Assembly: GCA_001687465.1 (NCBI GenBank)
Contig: LVLI01000294.1
Location: 124,001 to 188,000, forward strand
Reading direction: 5' to 3'
Origin: Halocafeteria seosinensis
Lineage: Eukaryota
Length of the DNA: 64,000 bases
Under the pieces are notes generated by a model that was given only the letters and a program-made list of their open reading frames with translations, was not told the DNA's origin and ran no database searches. How positions within the stretch are numbered: position 1 is the first letter of the stretch; each line of letters begins with the position of its first letter. Positions 12,968 through 25,268 of this stretch are shown piece by piece. A program made the translations under genes and the position numbers.

Positions 12968-15744
12968 CTAACCCTCTTCGCTGTCAATGCTCATATTAGA
13001 TTCATCATCACTGCCATTTGGCGGTGGAATCGGTGATACGTCCATACGGGCGTTTACGTTCGGGCGAGTCTCGGACGTCCTGCCTCCAGTAAGGGCAAAA
13101 CTAGCGTTTGAGCTATCAAAACAAACAGTTGCTGCTGCTCTTTCACTTGAACGCTGGGAAGATGAGAACGAGGAATCAGGAGGATGAAGACCCATTCCCA
13201 TACCGAGTCCGATCGCCTCAGACGCTACTTTCTCTGACATGCCGGCCTCCGAGGCGTTAGCCCTCTTGCGGTCACGGATATCCTTAAGCAGTGTTCTTGC
13301 TTGATGAGCCTCTTGCTGTAAACCCAGGGTAAATTTGGACCATGCAGAGATTATCATTAAACACATGAAAGGCTTACCGGAAAAGGCCAGCCTAGCAGAC
13401 GTGTGGCCAAAGTTTCTGCTTCCTCGATATTATTGCGGCGTAAATTATAATTGACAAGAAATAGTAAAGCCTCCGCTGTATCCTTTGATGGTTCCTTGTA
13501 TTGCTGTGAGTCAGCATATTCCTTGTAGAAGGTAGCAGTTTCTTCTTCATTTTTTCCATCGTTCATGAGTCGGGCTAGTTGGAGGGTTGAAACATCACTC
13601 CTGCAAATAGGGACATAGGTGGTGTGTGCGCTGCACACCAAAGAAACGAAAGAAATACGTACCCTTTAGAATGGCGTCGGGCTCGTTTGTAGCACGCGAT
13701 TGCATCCTTTATACGCTTTATCTTTTGGTAACAGCCTCCAAGAGCACACCAAATCCTACTATCATAAGGGCGAAGCACGGCAGCTTTTCGGTAATAGTGC
13801 AAAGAATACAGAGGCGCTTGTTGCAGTTCGTACGTTTGTCCTAAGCCATACCAAGCCCTGCAGAAAGATCAGCTATATATAAAGTTGGATCCGTTTGCAC
13901 GAATCTGAGCCTCTACTGCGCACCTGTAATCCTTCGGGTCAAGTTCGACAGCACGTCTGTAGCATTCAATGGCTGTTCCCGGTTGTTGCATTTCGATATA
14001 CTCATGTCCCAGCTGTACGCATGCATCGTAGTTGTAAGAACCGTATGGCGGAAGCGCACAAGGATGCAGCCATACCAGTGTCCACGCTGACAAGAAACGG
14101 CGGTCTATTTGAAGCGCCCGCTTGAAGGCATCTATGGCGTCCGTATGGTCTCCTTTCAAACTGCTCAATGTAATAGTGGGATAAACGTGTCGCTAGTTTC
14201 AGTGTTGGAGAGACGTCTAGCGAGCACATACCTGTAATAATTCCCTACGATACAGTTTGCTTCGGGGCTGAATTTGTCTGTTCGAAATACAGCATGCGCG
14301 AGGTACGATAAAGCAGCACTATCACCCTGTAACTTATCGACTTCTTTTTGCATTCGCACGTTTGATATCCTTAACAGCATTAGCTTACTTTAATGAAAAG
14401 GATATTACTGTAGTTTTCCAACCCAGCTATCGAGTAGGGATGGAGCCCCCTGATACTCTCATAAGCCTGTTGCGCTTTTTCAAATGCTGTGTTCATGCAA
14501 CGCTTGGTCGCATCTCTCCGTTACCGAATGAGCAGAATGGTGCGCGCTACGTACCTCGGAGGTTGTACAGGCATCCTGCTATCCTTGACATCAAGAAAAA
14601 ACTATTCGGAAATTGGGTATGGTACTTGCGATATATCGTCAGCGCTCGGTCACTTTTCTGCAGAGTCAATCATATTATACACGTATTTCCGAGTTCACAA
14701 CTCTTCCCCCTCATCAATCTTAGTTCTATACCTGGTTTGTCTCCATTAAGTAAGCTGTAAACAATTCCTTTGTCCAGGTCTCAGGAAGTCCGAGGCTGGA
14801 TACCTGCGGGAATATAGAGGCCATATCAAGAACAAGGCTACAAATGAGTACGTTCTTCCGGACCTTACTTCTGAATTGTGAGGCAGAAGATGAGCCAGGT
14901 CAACCCAGGCTGGCCACAGCAATGGGAATGTAGTTACTGCCTTAATGAGTAATTGTGTTGCTTTCTTGATCTGGTCAAGTTCCTTCATAAATGTAGCCCA
15001 GCTGCAGTGACCAATATCAAGAAATAAGCAAAGGACGAATATACAGGAAAAGATGGCTTACATGAACAGAGACAGCCCATCTAGTCCCACTGTTTGATCT
15101 AATCTTTGAAACTCTTCAGAAATCCTCGCAGCGTGTGGGTGATCATGTCTTCGCTGCTGTTCTATCGGATCTGGTGCATCGAATGCAAATCAGGTGTGCG
15201 TGTTAAGACAATCGTCACAATGAATCGCACAACAGCTTCGCACCTTCTGATTCTGCCATGGATATTTCTCTGCTCTTATCACCAGCCTGTAGAGGGAGCA
15301 TATTTTTGGGCTCGCCGCGTATATCCGACATTCACGTATGGTAGATCTTACCAGATAGGATGCATATGCCCACATGAAGAGAGGTATCCGCGGATACGTT
15401 GTACGATCCGGCCCATATCGTAATGTCAGAATATGGGCAGCATTATCATACTCTTGATTCAGCATCAGATTCCTGGCTAACCCGACGACATCCTTGTCCT
15501 CCTCATTGAGTTCCTGGAAAGGGTCCTCTTGAGGATGTGGAGTGGCTCGAGGTGGTTGCTTATCTGGTCCAACAGCTCCTACCAACAGCTCTCTTGTCCT
15601 GCGCACACAACACAATTTGACACCTCCACGTGTATTTAGCTGTATGCGTAAAACGTACCACTGGGAGCCGTTCTTTAGACCGACTGCTTCCATAAGAGCA
15701 GAGGCCTCTCGCAGCTCTTGACGATTCACGTCCATTTTACTCAT
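12968..15744 (-). CDS. CDC23: Anaphase-promoting complex subunit 8 (TPR; multi-exon)
   Basis: [74 protein letters not shown] are CDC23/APC8 signature segments. Confidence 0.92.
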
Positions 15745-17119
15745 GCGCAAACAAACAGTGCCAATCTCAAGAAGACACAAATAATCAATAATCCATACGG
15801 GATACTTCGAATATAAACCTACAGCCGGCACAGGGCTGATTGCTGACGAATAGACAACGCTTACTAGCTGGAAGATGTGGTTAACGAACGACCTGTGGAT
15901 GAACTTCACACAAGGACTTTTTGAATTTTCCAAGTTGGAAATTCCAACCCTACTACTCGAACGGAACTGCAGACACTGGACGAGAACAGAGAAACTCTGG
16001 GGATGAAGTGAACAGGGTGGGACGTTGCCATACTTGTGGGGCACGGTCATGGACATCCGCTTGCATGCTGAACCAGGAAGTACATAGTGTCAGGTAGTAC
16101 AGTAGTGTAGTGTTTGATCCGCTGCTTAAGTCAAGTAGCCCGTTTTATAATGGCATTTTCATGACAATTCTTCCGGCGGATAGCGCCAACGAGGATAATG
16201 GAAGTACCGGACGCTGGCCGAAGTATCGTACCTATGGCAACCAGTACCGACCCAAAGATTCAGCTTGTTATCTTGGAAATAGATGAGAAGAGAGGAATGT
16301 GAGACAAGGATAAGAAGGACTGGAGGAAACGGCAATAATAAAAATCATTCATTAAACTGATCCGTTCGTGGTTTACCCCTTACGCGGCTTCGTCGACCCC
16401 AAGTAGATTTCGAATGACCTTCCCACTTGACGTGGACTCGGAGTCTCGCTCAATGCCCCACTTCCCTGCAACGTACGACATTGATAGCAGCTTGTTCTCT
16501 TCTTGAGACTGTATGCGCCGTGGTTACTTTCGCATTGTGCGACTTTTCTTTGGACCTTTCAATTTGCTCAACCTTTAAAAAACCGAGAGGCGGATTCTTG
16601 GTGCGAGTTCTAGTATGAGATTTTGGATTTACATGATCCTTGATGCGTCGTATGGCCGTTTCTTTCTTCTTTGTTTTACCTGGAACAGATCGTGAACAGT
16701 TGGCACGTACTCGCTAAGGTTCATGAACGCAGATCGTGCTGGAACTACCTCTCGTTGCCGTAGAGGACGCGCGTGCTGCTCGAAGTTAAGTTCAACGCCG
16801 TCCTGGCTTTCTGAGAGTGACATTGAGATACGCGCAGGATTCCCTTCTCTGCGCGCCGTGCATAAATGTTGCTCTTGCTTTCACTAAAGGTTGTTGTGCA
16901 CTCAGTAAAGCAAGCTGTCTTGGATTGTGTTGGCTTTATTTGTACAGACTGCATGGGAAATACAAGGAGCTATTGGTATTATGCAGAGCCAAAGTCCAAC
17001 AATGAGCACGTATAGTAGACTAAATGAACAAACTTATGAATATAATGCGATGTATGATACATTATAAGCACGTAACTCTGAATAAGCCCCTGAAGTCGAA
17101 GTTGAAGTACATTGTTGAA

Positions 17120-20100
17120 TTAAAAGGCCTCTTCTTCTTCCTCCCCGCCACATCCAGAGTCCGTGGGACAACCGTGCGTGCAAGGATCGATTGCACCAGG
17201 ACATCCAGATGCACATATGTCGCTAAGGCAGGGATCGACAGTCGAAGACGGGGTGAAAGAAGTGGAAGAAGACGAGGACGGCGACAAGGATGGCCACGAC
17301 GACGGCGACGAGGACAGGCTAGGCGTCAACTGCGATGGAGATGAACTGGCGGAGGGAAACGGCGACCAAGACGGGGTTGCAGAAAGACGGGAAATCCCTT
17401 CATCTTCTCCCTTGTCTTCTGGAAAGTCCACTACGTCTTCTCCGGGCCAGCATGAGAAAGAAGAGGCAAAGTCCATCCCAAGCATTGGCAAGGAAGCGAC
17501 AAGACCTTTCGCATTTTGCCCAACAAGGTCTTCAGCTGGGCCCATTTGATCCCAATATAGTGACTCGGTTCCTCTCCATAGCATAGGATTGGCCGGGTCC
17601 GACGTACCCGGGCCCCATGCTGAAATGGGTGCACGGCCGAGAATACGCCTCCGAATATCGTAGACGTTGTCGCGAGTGTACACTGGGGGGCTGCCACGAC
17701 GGAGTTCCCTCCTATCAACGAGCAAGGTAGCAAGTCCTTGCACAATAGCATATGTCGTTCCTGGATCTAGTATAATTGACGCGTTCAGAATGTCGGGAAC
17801 GAAGAAACCATCGTCTGCCTCGACAGTGAAACGTGATTCTCCCAAAACACTCTCCAACGAACAGGCCGATGCAGAAACATTTTTGGGGTCACAATTATTG
17901 TTGTCACTCACAGAAAATATAGCTGCCATGTGGTTCGAATCCGTGGACCCTCCCAGCAAACCGGTTACTTCCAGTCTCTCCCTCACCTGGAAAACATACC
18001 CTTGCCATTCACCACTCAATGGTTCGGCAACGTCTGAGTTCGTTATCTCGGGTGTGTCTATCACTTGAACGAATTGGGCAACGGCAGGCAAATCTGCGAG
18101 AGCTAAAAATTCAAAACCTACACGAGGTAACTTGCCGGTGGTGCTGGAGGATGTGCCCACACCATACACGAGAGTCTCAGATCCTTGCTCTCCTCCCCAG
18201 AACCCGAATATTGGCATCGATTCAGGATTGATAGTCATCTCATCAGCCAGAAGATGGACTCCGGTCGTTCCCCCTTCTTCACGACCTTGTGCGATGTAGT
18301 ACGTTGTCCCAGGTTGCAACACCACAGTATGTGCTAGTGAAGCTGGAACGTATTCATCAGCCGACTGGACAAAGGGGGCACTAGCCAATGTATTCGCTAT
18401 ATGACAATCACCGGATTGGCTAAACGGCCCGCAAGGAGAATTCGCATCCATCGAAAACAGACCTACCCTGAACTCCTGACTTGTAGCTCCCCCGAGCAGC
18501 TTAGTCACGACAATTGACTGCGTTAAATTGAAGATGAATCCGGCGTCTCGATAGTAACTCGGATCCGGTGGAGCCCTATTGCTAGCATTCCCCACTTGGA
18601 CCTGTTCTGGTACCCAAGTCCGTCCTTGGACTGTTTCCGGAGCATTCAACAGCACGCGCAGTCCCAAGAGTGGGTTCACTCCGGTCACATCAGCAGATTT
18701 ACCCACTAACTCTGATCCAAAGCCGGTCACTCCGTAATTTAATGCCTTTGAATTCCCCGAAGGTCCCCATGAAAAGTGATTACTAAAACCTTGCTGAAAC
18801 AAATTGGCTCTGTCATACGCATCCACGTAAAAATGTGCACCACTGCTTCCATTGATGCTGCCTTGGGCCAAGAGATACACTGTGCCAGGAACCAATCGGA
18901 TAGACGCGGACAAACCGGGTGGAAAATACGTCTGGGAATTGCTCTCAAATTCACTAAAATCGACCAACGCCAACACACTCCTGACAGTGCAGCTTCCTGG
19001 GTCAGACGCCGAAGGATCGCAGGTCCCACCGTCGACGGTAAAGAGTGCTGCTTGGAAGTCGGGACTGTTAGCCTGTCCTTCTAATGCTGATACAGCTATC
19101 GGTTCATCGACTTCAAATACGTATCCTGTCCATTCTGATTCACCCTGTTTCACGTTGTCACCTACGATGCGCACCACTGACGTTTCGTCCAGTCTCCAGC
19201 GTAGACCTACAACCGGCATAATTTCACTCAACTCTCCCGTGCTCCCTGAAAGCTCTTGCGGGAGCCCCGTTCGGTTCAGGGTAAACGAAGCAGTACCAAT
19301 CTGATCCATAGTCGGTTCCCACGAACCGAAGATATCAGATGAAATGGCATCATCAACTGTAAACATGTCTGTGACATAATGATTACCACTGACCTCAGCG
19401 TCGCTGTGTCTTCCCTGCCCTAGGAAGTACCTCTTCGAAGGGGATAGTGTCACCGGTTCTGACAGACCCTCAGGAATATGCATACAACCCGGCTCTGCCT
19501 CGGCCGTGAAATTCACCATGACGAGAGGTTCACCGAGTTCCCAGACCTGAAGCTCCCCGCGACATGACTGCACCTCCACCAGTGGGAAAATGGCAGCACT
19601 AAAGTTGCCACTTGTTGCACCCCCTAGGACAGACGTGATTTCTACCCAGGCTTTTGGTTGGAAGATGTACCCTTGCCAATTGTATCCATCGATATCGGTC
19701 GGGACCAGTTCAAATTCCCCTTTCGCTGAAGGGAGAATGTGGTTCATGACTGTATCGTCTTCAAAGTTTTCCACTTCTTGGCGATGTAGGCAAAACGGCA
19801 CCTGCTTCTTGCAGTCAACAATGGTAGAAGCTTCATGCGTTAATTCTCCTTCAAGCTGCATGGACGGACAAGTGCCTTCTCCAGGGTTGTCATTAAGGCC
19901 ACTGAGAACAATGCAAGGATACATTCCAAATGAGTTGAAAGTGACATGTGGTCCTTTCACTTGGATAATACTCACAGGAACATGATCTTGTCTCCATCAT
20001 CCGCAAATGCCAACTCATTCAAAATTTCAATTTCATTATGTTCATAATATCTGTGTCCAATACAATTGAGAACTCTAAACAGTGAGCATCAGCTGCCAGT

Positions 20101-23100
20101 AACAAATACTCACATTGCCTCAAGATTGTCCACTCCGAATAATTGTGGACGAGTCACCCCTCGCAAACTATTCCTTCTCATACTTCTGGACAAGCAAGTA
20201 ACAGCAACACAAGTATATAGACATAGGAAAACTATAATACCAACAGTGAATATTGCACGCGTACAGCTTTTCCAGGTTCCTCAGCCCACTCAACGACCAT
20301 GGGTCCAAATCCGATAACTCATTGGATCGCAAGTATCTGCAAACACGCCGTTCGCTTTATATTTTATCAACTTGAAAATAGAGACCATTTGTCTCAATGC
20401 ACGTGGTGCTTACATTCCAAGAACGGAGTCTAAACCACAAAATGCACCGGCCTCAATCCTTGACAGTTGGTTATTTGCGAGAGATCTAAGCAAGCGGAAG
20501 GAAAACGTCTCAGTTTGTTGAAGCAATAAAAGACAAATCGTGGTGCTCGCTTGTGTTAAGTACTCACAGTGTTCGCAATTGGCATAGTCCCGCGAACGTG
20601 TTCTCTTCCAACTCCGTCAGATTATTTCGTTGTAAATACCTGGAATACCCATCAGTTATCATCTACAAGTTGTACCCATCACCGTAGGAACGAACGGCAG
20701 CACTTACAACTTAAGCAAGTCCCCATTGTCCTCGTGAACCCAAGTATTTGGAGCTATAGAGTCAATGTTTTTGAGCGAAAGATTTCTGTCAAATACATAT
20801 AATAGTGGCGCAACGACAGTGACGCAGACAGCAGGACGAACACTTACAGTACAGTCCCCTTGCAACGACAGTTAGATACCACTCTATGAGGGTCAAAAAA
20901 TGCATCATAGGTGGTGTGAAAGTCACAACACAATCCGGGCCCATAGCAAAACTCTAATTGTCGGCAGGACTGCAGGGCTGGCCTCTCCGAGAAGTACGTC
21001 CGTTGTAAGACATGGAGCGGAGAAATCTTCGGGCAACCAAACAACCCGGGATTGTCATCCGTTGTCTGTGGGCAGTCACTCTGACCGAAAAATCTGGAAA
21101 ACATCGCAACAGAGTATCGCATGTACTACTTGTACTGATGTGGGAGTGCAAATTCACCTGTGGTGTACGTACAGGTATGCTAGGTGGCTGTGATCGGCAA
21201 GCACGTTTTCCGGGAGTGCTTGAATGTGGTTCCGATCCAACTTTCTGCACACCATTATTGGGGTACGTTGATGGAATAACGCATTATAGATTGACGTTTT
21301 CGGTGGACAGCTTACATCCCGTTTAGCTTGGACAAAGGAGAAAAGAGATCTTCGTACATGCTCTCCAGATTATTATCATTTAACAGTCTGAGTGTTGGGA
21401 ATGAATGGCAGTGGAGGAATGATTTAAGACGACATGACACTCACGGTACTTACAACACCCTCAGCTGGGGGACACTTGAGAATGCTCGACGATTAATATC
21501 TTCAAGTATATTGTGGCTTAAGACTCTGCAAGTGTGACACAATAAGTGGAATAAAACAATTAGTACACCAGTAAGAGCAGTTACCAGGTAACTTACAATG
21601 TCACCAAATTCGAAAGCCCAGAAAAGCTTTCTTCTTCTATGTATATCAGTTCATTTCGAGCCAAAGATCTGTGGAAGAAATGACAAACCCCATCGGTGGC
21701 AATATGTATCCTCTCAGTGCACCACAATGACAACCTACAGGGTACGTAGGGAAGGGAGACCCTGAAAAACGAAACTCTGGAGGCGCTCTATTTCGTTTGA
21801 CCCCAAATTTCTGGTACACACAGAACAAAAATGTTTACTTCCGGGATAGAATTCTCGTTTTCAATACTACTTACAGATTCCTCACTTCGCTGTTGTCGTA
21901 GGGAGCCGCAAAAGCACCATTGTGGATCTCCCGAATCCCCAACGAGCTAAGATCACTGCAAAAACATCAGCACGTTTTGGGCGTCCCCTTTTCTATACCA
22001 GCATTTAACGTACAGGCACTCCACGCTCGGACAGTCACAATACAGCAACACGTCATCGTAGAATACGCAGCAGCCTATTTCGGCTCTTGGACTGGCGCTT
22101 GCGGAGACGGTAGGTGTGGTGGTAGGCGTAGCAGAGGAACTTGGTGATGGTGACGGAGTCGGGCCTCGAAAATCCGCATAACAAAAAGGGATATCTAGAT
22201 CGCTAATTTGGTCATTCAGAATGGTTCGGGTCTCATGCTTCACGTTATCAAATCCTCCCGGAGGATTACTGGCAAACGCCGGATCACATTGATCAACTCC
22301 TGGATTTCCTCCAAGATTTCTGCGTGTAAGAGCAAAGAGTCCAGCTTGGTTTACTATCACGCGCGAGGAATAATAGAAGAAAACTCTCACTCACATTTCA
22401 GCGACGTTTTCTATCTTATTAAAACTGCCTCTCCACAAAACCTCAATCTCGTTACTATGAAACTCTCTGCACAGCGTTTACGTACGTCGTCTCCGTTTCC
22501 GATATGTTTTGACATCTTACAGGAATGTGAAGTCATGCAAGCGAGGACTTACAGGGTCAACAACTTGTCATTCTCCCCAATTTCAAAGAAGTGGGGGTCT
22601 AGCTCTCCAATTTTGTTGTTATCGAAACGACTGCGGTACATATTACAAAAGCATAGATTCTCCGAGACTCCTGTGTTGGACTCTAAAACATGCATAGAAC
22701 TTACAGATGAGTCAATGCATTCACAACGTTCCTTTTGAGGAATTCCGCAGGTAGTGAGGTTAGCTCATTAAACTCCATTTCAAATCTTTGTAGCTTCGGT
22801 GTCGCGTCTAACACGTCGACATCAATACTCAAAATTTGGTTCCGATTGACAAAGCTGCGGAATCACCCACATGATGGGCCACATCTCAGTTGATTAAAGC
22901 CAATCAAGCCAAGCAGGTGTGACTTACAGACGAACAAGGTTGCCTAGTCCCTTAAGCATCTCCTTTTCTAACTCTGTCAAAGCGTTATCGTTCATTTGCC
23001 TGTAGTTACGACATCATTCCAACATGGCCAAGAATGCATATTGTCCTCAGGACTCACAGCTGTGTCAGGTTCAAGTTGCTGGGATCGGAGAACGCCCCGT

Positions 23101-23340
23101 TACTGATTGAAGTGATGCCCAAATTATTGAGTTTCCTGCAATGCACCTTTGCTTGGTACACCGATAGCATGAACAACAATCATACATATGTTCTTACAAT
23201 ACACCAGGTTCGCAATTTTCGCAGCTAACAAGTGTATCGCCTATAATTTGACAGCAGTCGGAGGCTTCCGCGCAAGTTGTGTCCAGGAGCAGCAGCGTCA
23301 CGTTGACTATCCCACATAAGAATAACGAGGAAGCCTTCAT
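17120..23340 (-). CDS. Secreted ~1,602-aa protein: signal peptide, 3 capped LRR modules (about one LRR per exon), 4 beta-rich repeats, Ser/Pro stalk, Cys-rich/acidic tail (21 exons)
   Basis: Hand-spliced exons: 23340-23198, 23135-23058, 22999-22928, 22854-22705, 22630-22553, 22466-22395, 22319-22014, 21955-21875, 21810-21739, 21668-21597, 21525-21454, 21387-21316, 21244-21173, 21093-20848, 20785-20708, 20639-20568, 20485-20414, 20336-20265, 20185-20114, 20050-19976, 19901-17120. All introns are GT-AG phase 2 and the frame is open throughout. Example LRR exons: NLGSNEIERLQSFVFQGLPSLRTL, YLQRNNLTELEENTFAGLCQLRTL. Confidence 0.85.
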
Positions 23341-24071
23341 GGTTATGACTCTCTGCGGTTAACCACGAAGTAATCGCATTGGCAGATGAAGGAATGGGAC
23401 ACTCCAAGGGGTAACAGAGCAGAGATTATTTCAGTGTAAATTTCCACCATCCTCAAGACGTCCATCAATGCAAAGTTTTCCAACAGTGTAGTACTGAGTG
23501 TACCACCACTACTGGTACTGGGCGGGTTGAGAGCGGTTTTTCGCTAGGCTGCTGAACCTATCTGAAACTGACTTAACCCAGTATTCTCGCAGTGGTTCAG
23601 GTTCTGGTTGTGCCTTTCCCAGCCTCATTGAGTAAGCTGACTATGCATGCAGAAGCAGAAATTTAAGATTACTTTGGTGAAAATTACTGTATTGTCTAAA
23701 GAACGAATCTCCCCGGAACTGGTAGAAAAGCTGGAAATCTCCCAAACCCCGATGTGTGTATTCAATATATTGGCATTTCCGCAGAGGGTTCAACAAGAAA
23801 CGGCCCAAGACTAAGCGCTCATCAGGATTGTTGCACAGTTGTAACAGTTGATACCCTGGGAATATCGGTATGCGAGTAAGATAGAGAAGCTTCGACGAGT
23901 ACAGTCTTGTTATCAGCTCCAAAAACAGCAATGGCAACCCAACCAACTGCAAACCCACGAATATTGAGGTTGACAGTGGATGGCGAGAGTCGTTTTGGCA
24001 GTGTGCAAGTGTGACAGTGAACGTATCCGTCATATACATCCCAGAGGTGACGTACGTTTTGTTTTGCAGCG

Positions 24072-25268
24072 ATGCAGCTGCGGAAGACATTGGAAGTTAT
24101 CGCCGTTGCTTGCTTGTTCACATTCTGTGGATACACATTGCTCGCCGTGGCCCCACCTGCACAAGCTGTTGAATATACTCGGAAGCCTTCAAGAGCACTG
24201 TATTATCGGCTCCAGGACTGTCAACATGACATGCCTGATGCCTTTCTACACTCCTTCGCTAACCGCGGTCTTCGACTCACCGAGGAAGCAACACAGTGGG
24301 AATACTACATTCCATGCGGCTACAACCACATGCGTCGCGAACAAGAGTCAATCGCACTGAGAGGAGGCGACCAGAAGGTTTTTTTTATCTACGCCGCGGA
24401 TAACCTCATCAGGAAAGATACGTTGTGGCATCTGTTGAGCAGTGCCATGGGGCGCATACAAGCCTCTGAGTATATGCCGAGAACCTACATCTTGTCACGA
24501 AAGCAGGATATGGTGCAATTACACAAAGACCATCGTCCCCAAACGACGTATATCTTGAAGAAGAATATCCAAAGACAGCAAGGCCTTTTCATTACGCCAA
24601 ATCTCTCGGAAATACAGTCCAATGTTCCGAAGTCCCTAGGGTGGAGCGAGGGATACGTCATTGCTCAAGAAGTCTTGCGCCATCCATTGACGATCGATAA
24701 ACACAAAATCAACTTCAGATTTTATTTAGCAGTCATATGTCACCATCAAGGAAAAGATGCCTACCTATTCAACGACGGCTTTGTGTACTACACTCCGAAG
24801 CGATACGAAGACGGTACCCAGGAGCGTCAGCGGTTGATCACGACGGTATACATGGATCGTCAAATTTATGAGAAACATCCTCTTACAATATCGCAATTTA
24901 TCCAAACGACTGTTGGAACGAAGAATAGGAGTAGACAAGGAAAAATTATTTCCTCTGCCTCCAGTTTGCTGCATGATGTTTTGGGGGCTATCGAAACGTC
25001 TGTTTGCCGACCATCTCAACTCGATTCTGTGACCACTTTTCAACTGTTTGGATGCGACGTAGAATTTAACGAGCAGCTACGACCTAAATTAATAGAGCTA
25101 AATAAAGGGCCAGATTTGAACTTTAAAGATGATATAGATCGACAGCTGAAAGTGGATTTGGTAGACCGTTTGCTTGACGTGGTAGACGGAAAGCAGCAGC
25201 CATCTTCAGGGAGATATTTCTTTTCTATTTGGTCTAACAAAGTTAAAAAAAGTCAATCCTTGAAATAG
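24072..25268 (+). CDS. Tubulin-tyrosine-ligase/TTLL-family ATP-grasp enzyme with N-terminal signal/anchor; intronless
   Basis: YMPRTYIL, YILKKNIQRQQGLFI, IAQEVLRHPLTIDKHKINFRFYLAV, FQLFGCDVEF..PKLIELNKGP (ExN motif) are TTL-family ATP-grasp motifs. Hydrophobic N-terminus VIAVACLFTFCGYTLLAVAPPAQA. Confidence 0.85.
   Translation: MQLRKTLEVIAVACLFTFCGYTLLAVAPPAQAVEYTRKPSRALYYRLQDCQHDMPDAFLHSFANRGLRLTEEATQWEYYIPCGYNHMRREQESIALRGGDQKVFFIYAADNLIRKDTLWHLLSSAMGRIQASEYMPRTYILSRKQDMVQLHKDHRPQTTYILKKNIQRQQGLFITPNLSEIQSNVPKSLGWSEGYVIAQEVLRHPLTIDKHKINFRFYLAVICHHQGKDAYLFNDGFVYYTPKRYEDGTQERQRLITTVYMDRQIYEKHPLTISQFIQTTVGTKNRSRQGKIISSASSLLHDVLGAIETSVCRPSQLDSVTTFQLFGCDVEFNEQLRPKLIELNKGPDLNFKDDIDRQLKVDLVDRLLDVVDGKQQPSSGRYFFSIWSNKVKKSQSLK

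Noticed and set aside
16380..17005. Short ORFs between CDC23 and the LRR gene
   Set aside because: No recognisable motifs and no convincing spliced model, although a small gene cannot be excluded.
17931..17945. GGTTCGAATCC T-arm/B-box-like motif
   Set aside because: It lies inside a coding exon with no cloverleaf around it. No tRNA, rRNA or snRNA was recognised in the window.
19902..19975. ORF-track start of the 951-aa ORF at GTG 19975
   Set aside because: That GTG is the gtgagt splice donor. Positions 19975-19902 are an intron and the ORF is the last exon of the LRR gene.
19976..23135. Regular ~140-nt periodicity resembling a CRISPR or tandem array
   Set aside because: There are no identical DNA repeats. 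The period is a 72-nt LRR exon plus a short intron.
23641..24136. Minus-strand 149-aa and 104-aa ORFs
   Set aside because: They overlap the TTL start and divergent promoter region and have no protein-like motifs.
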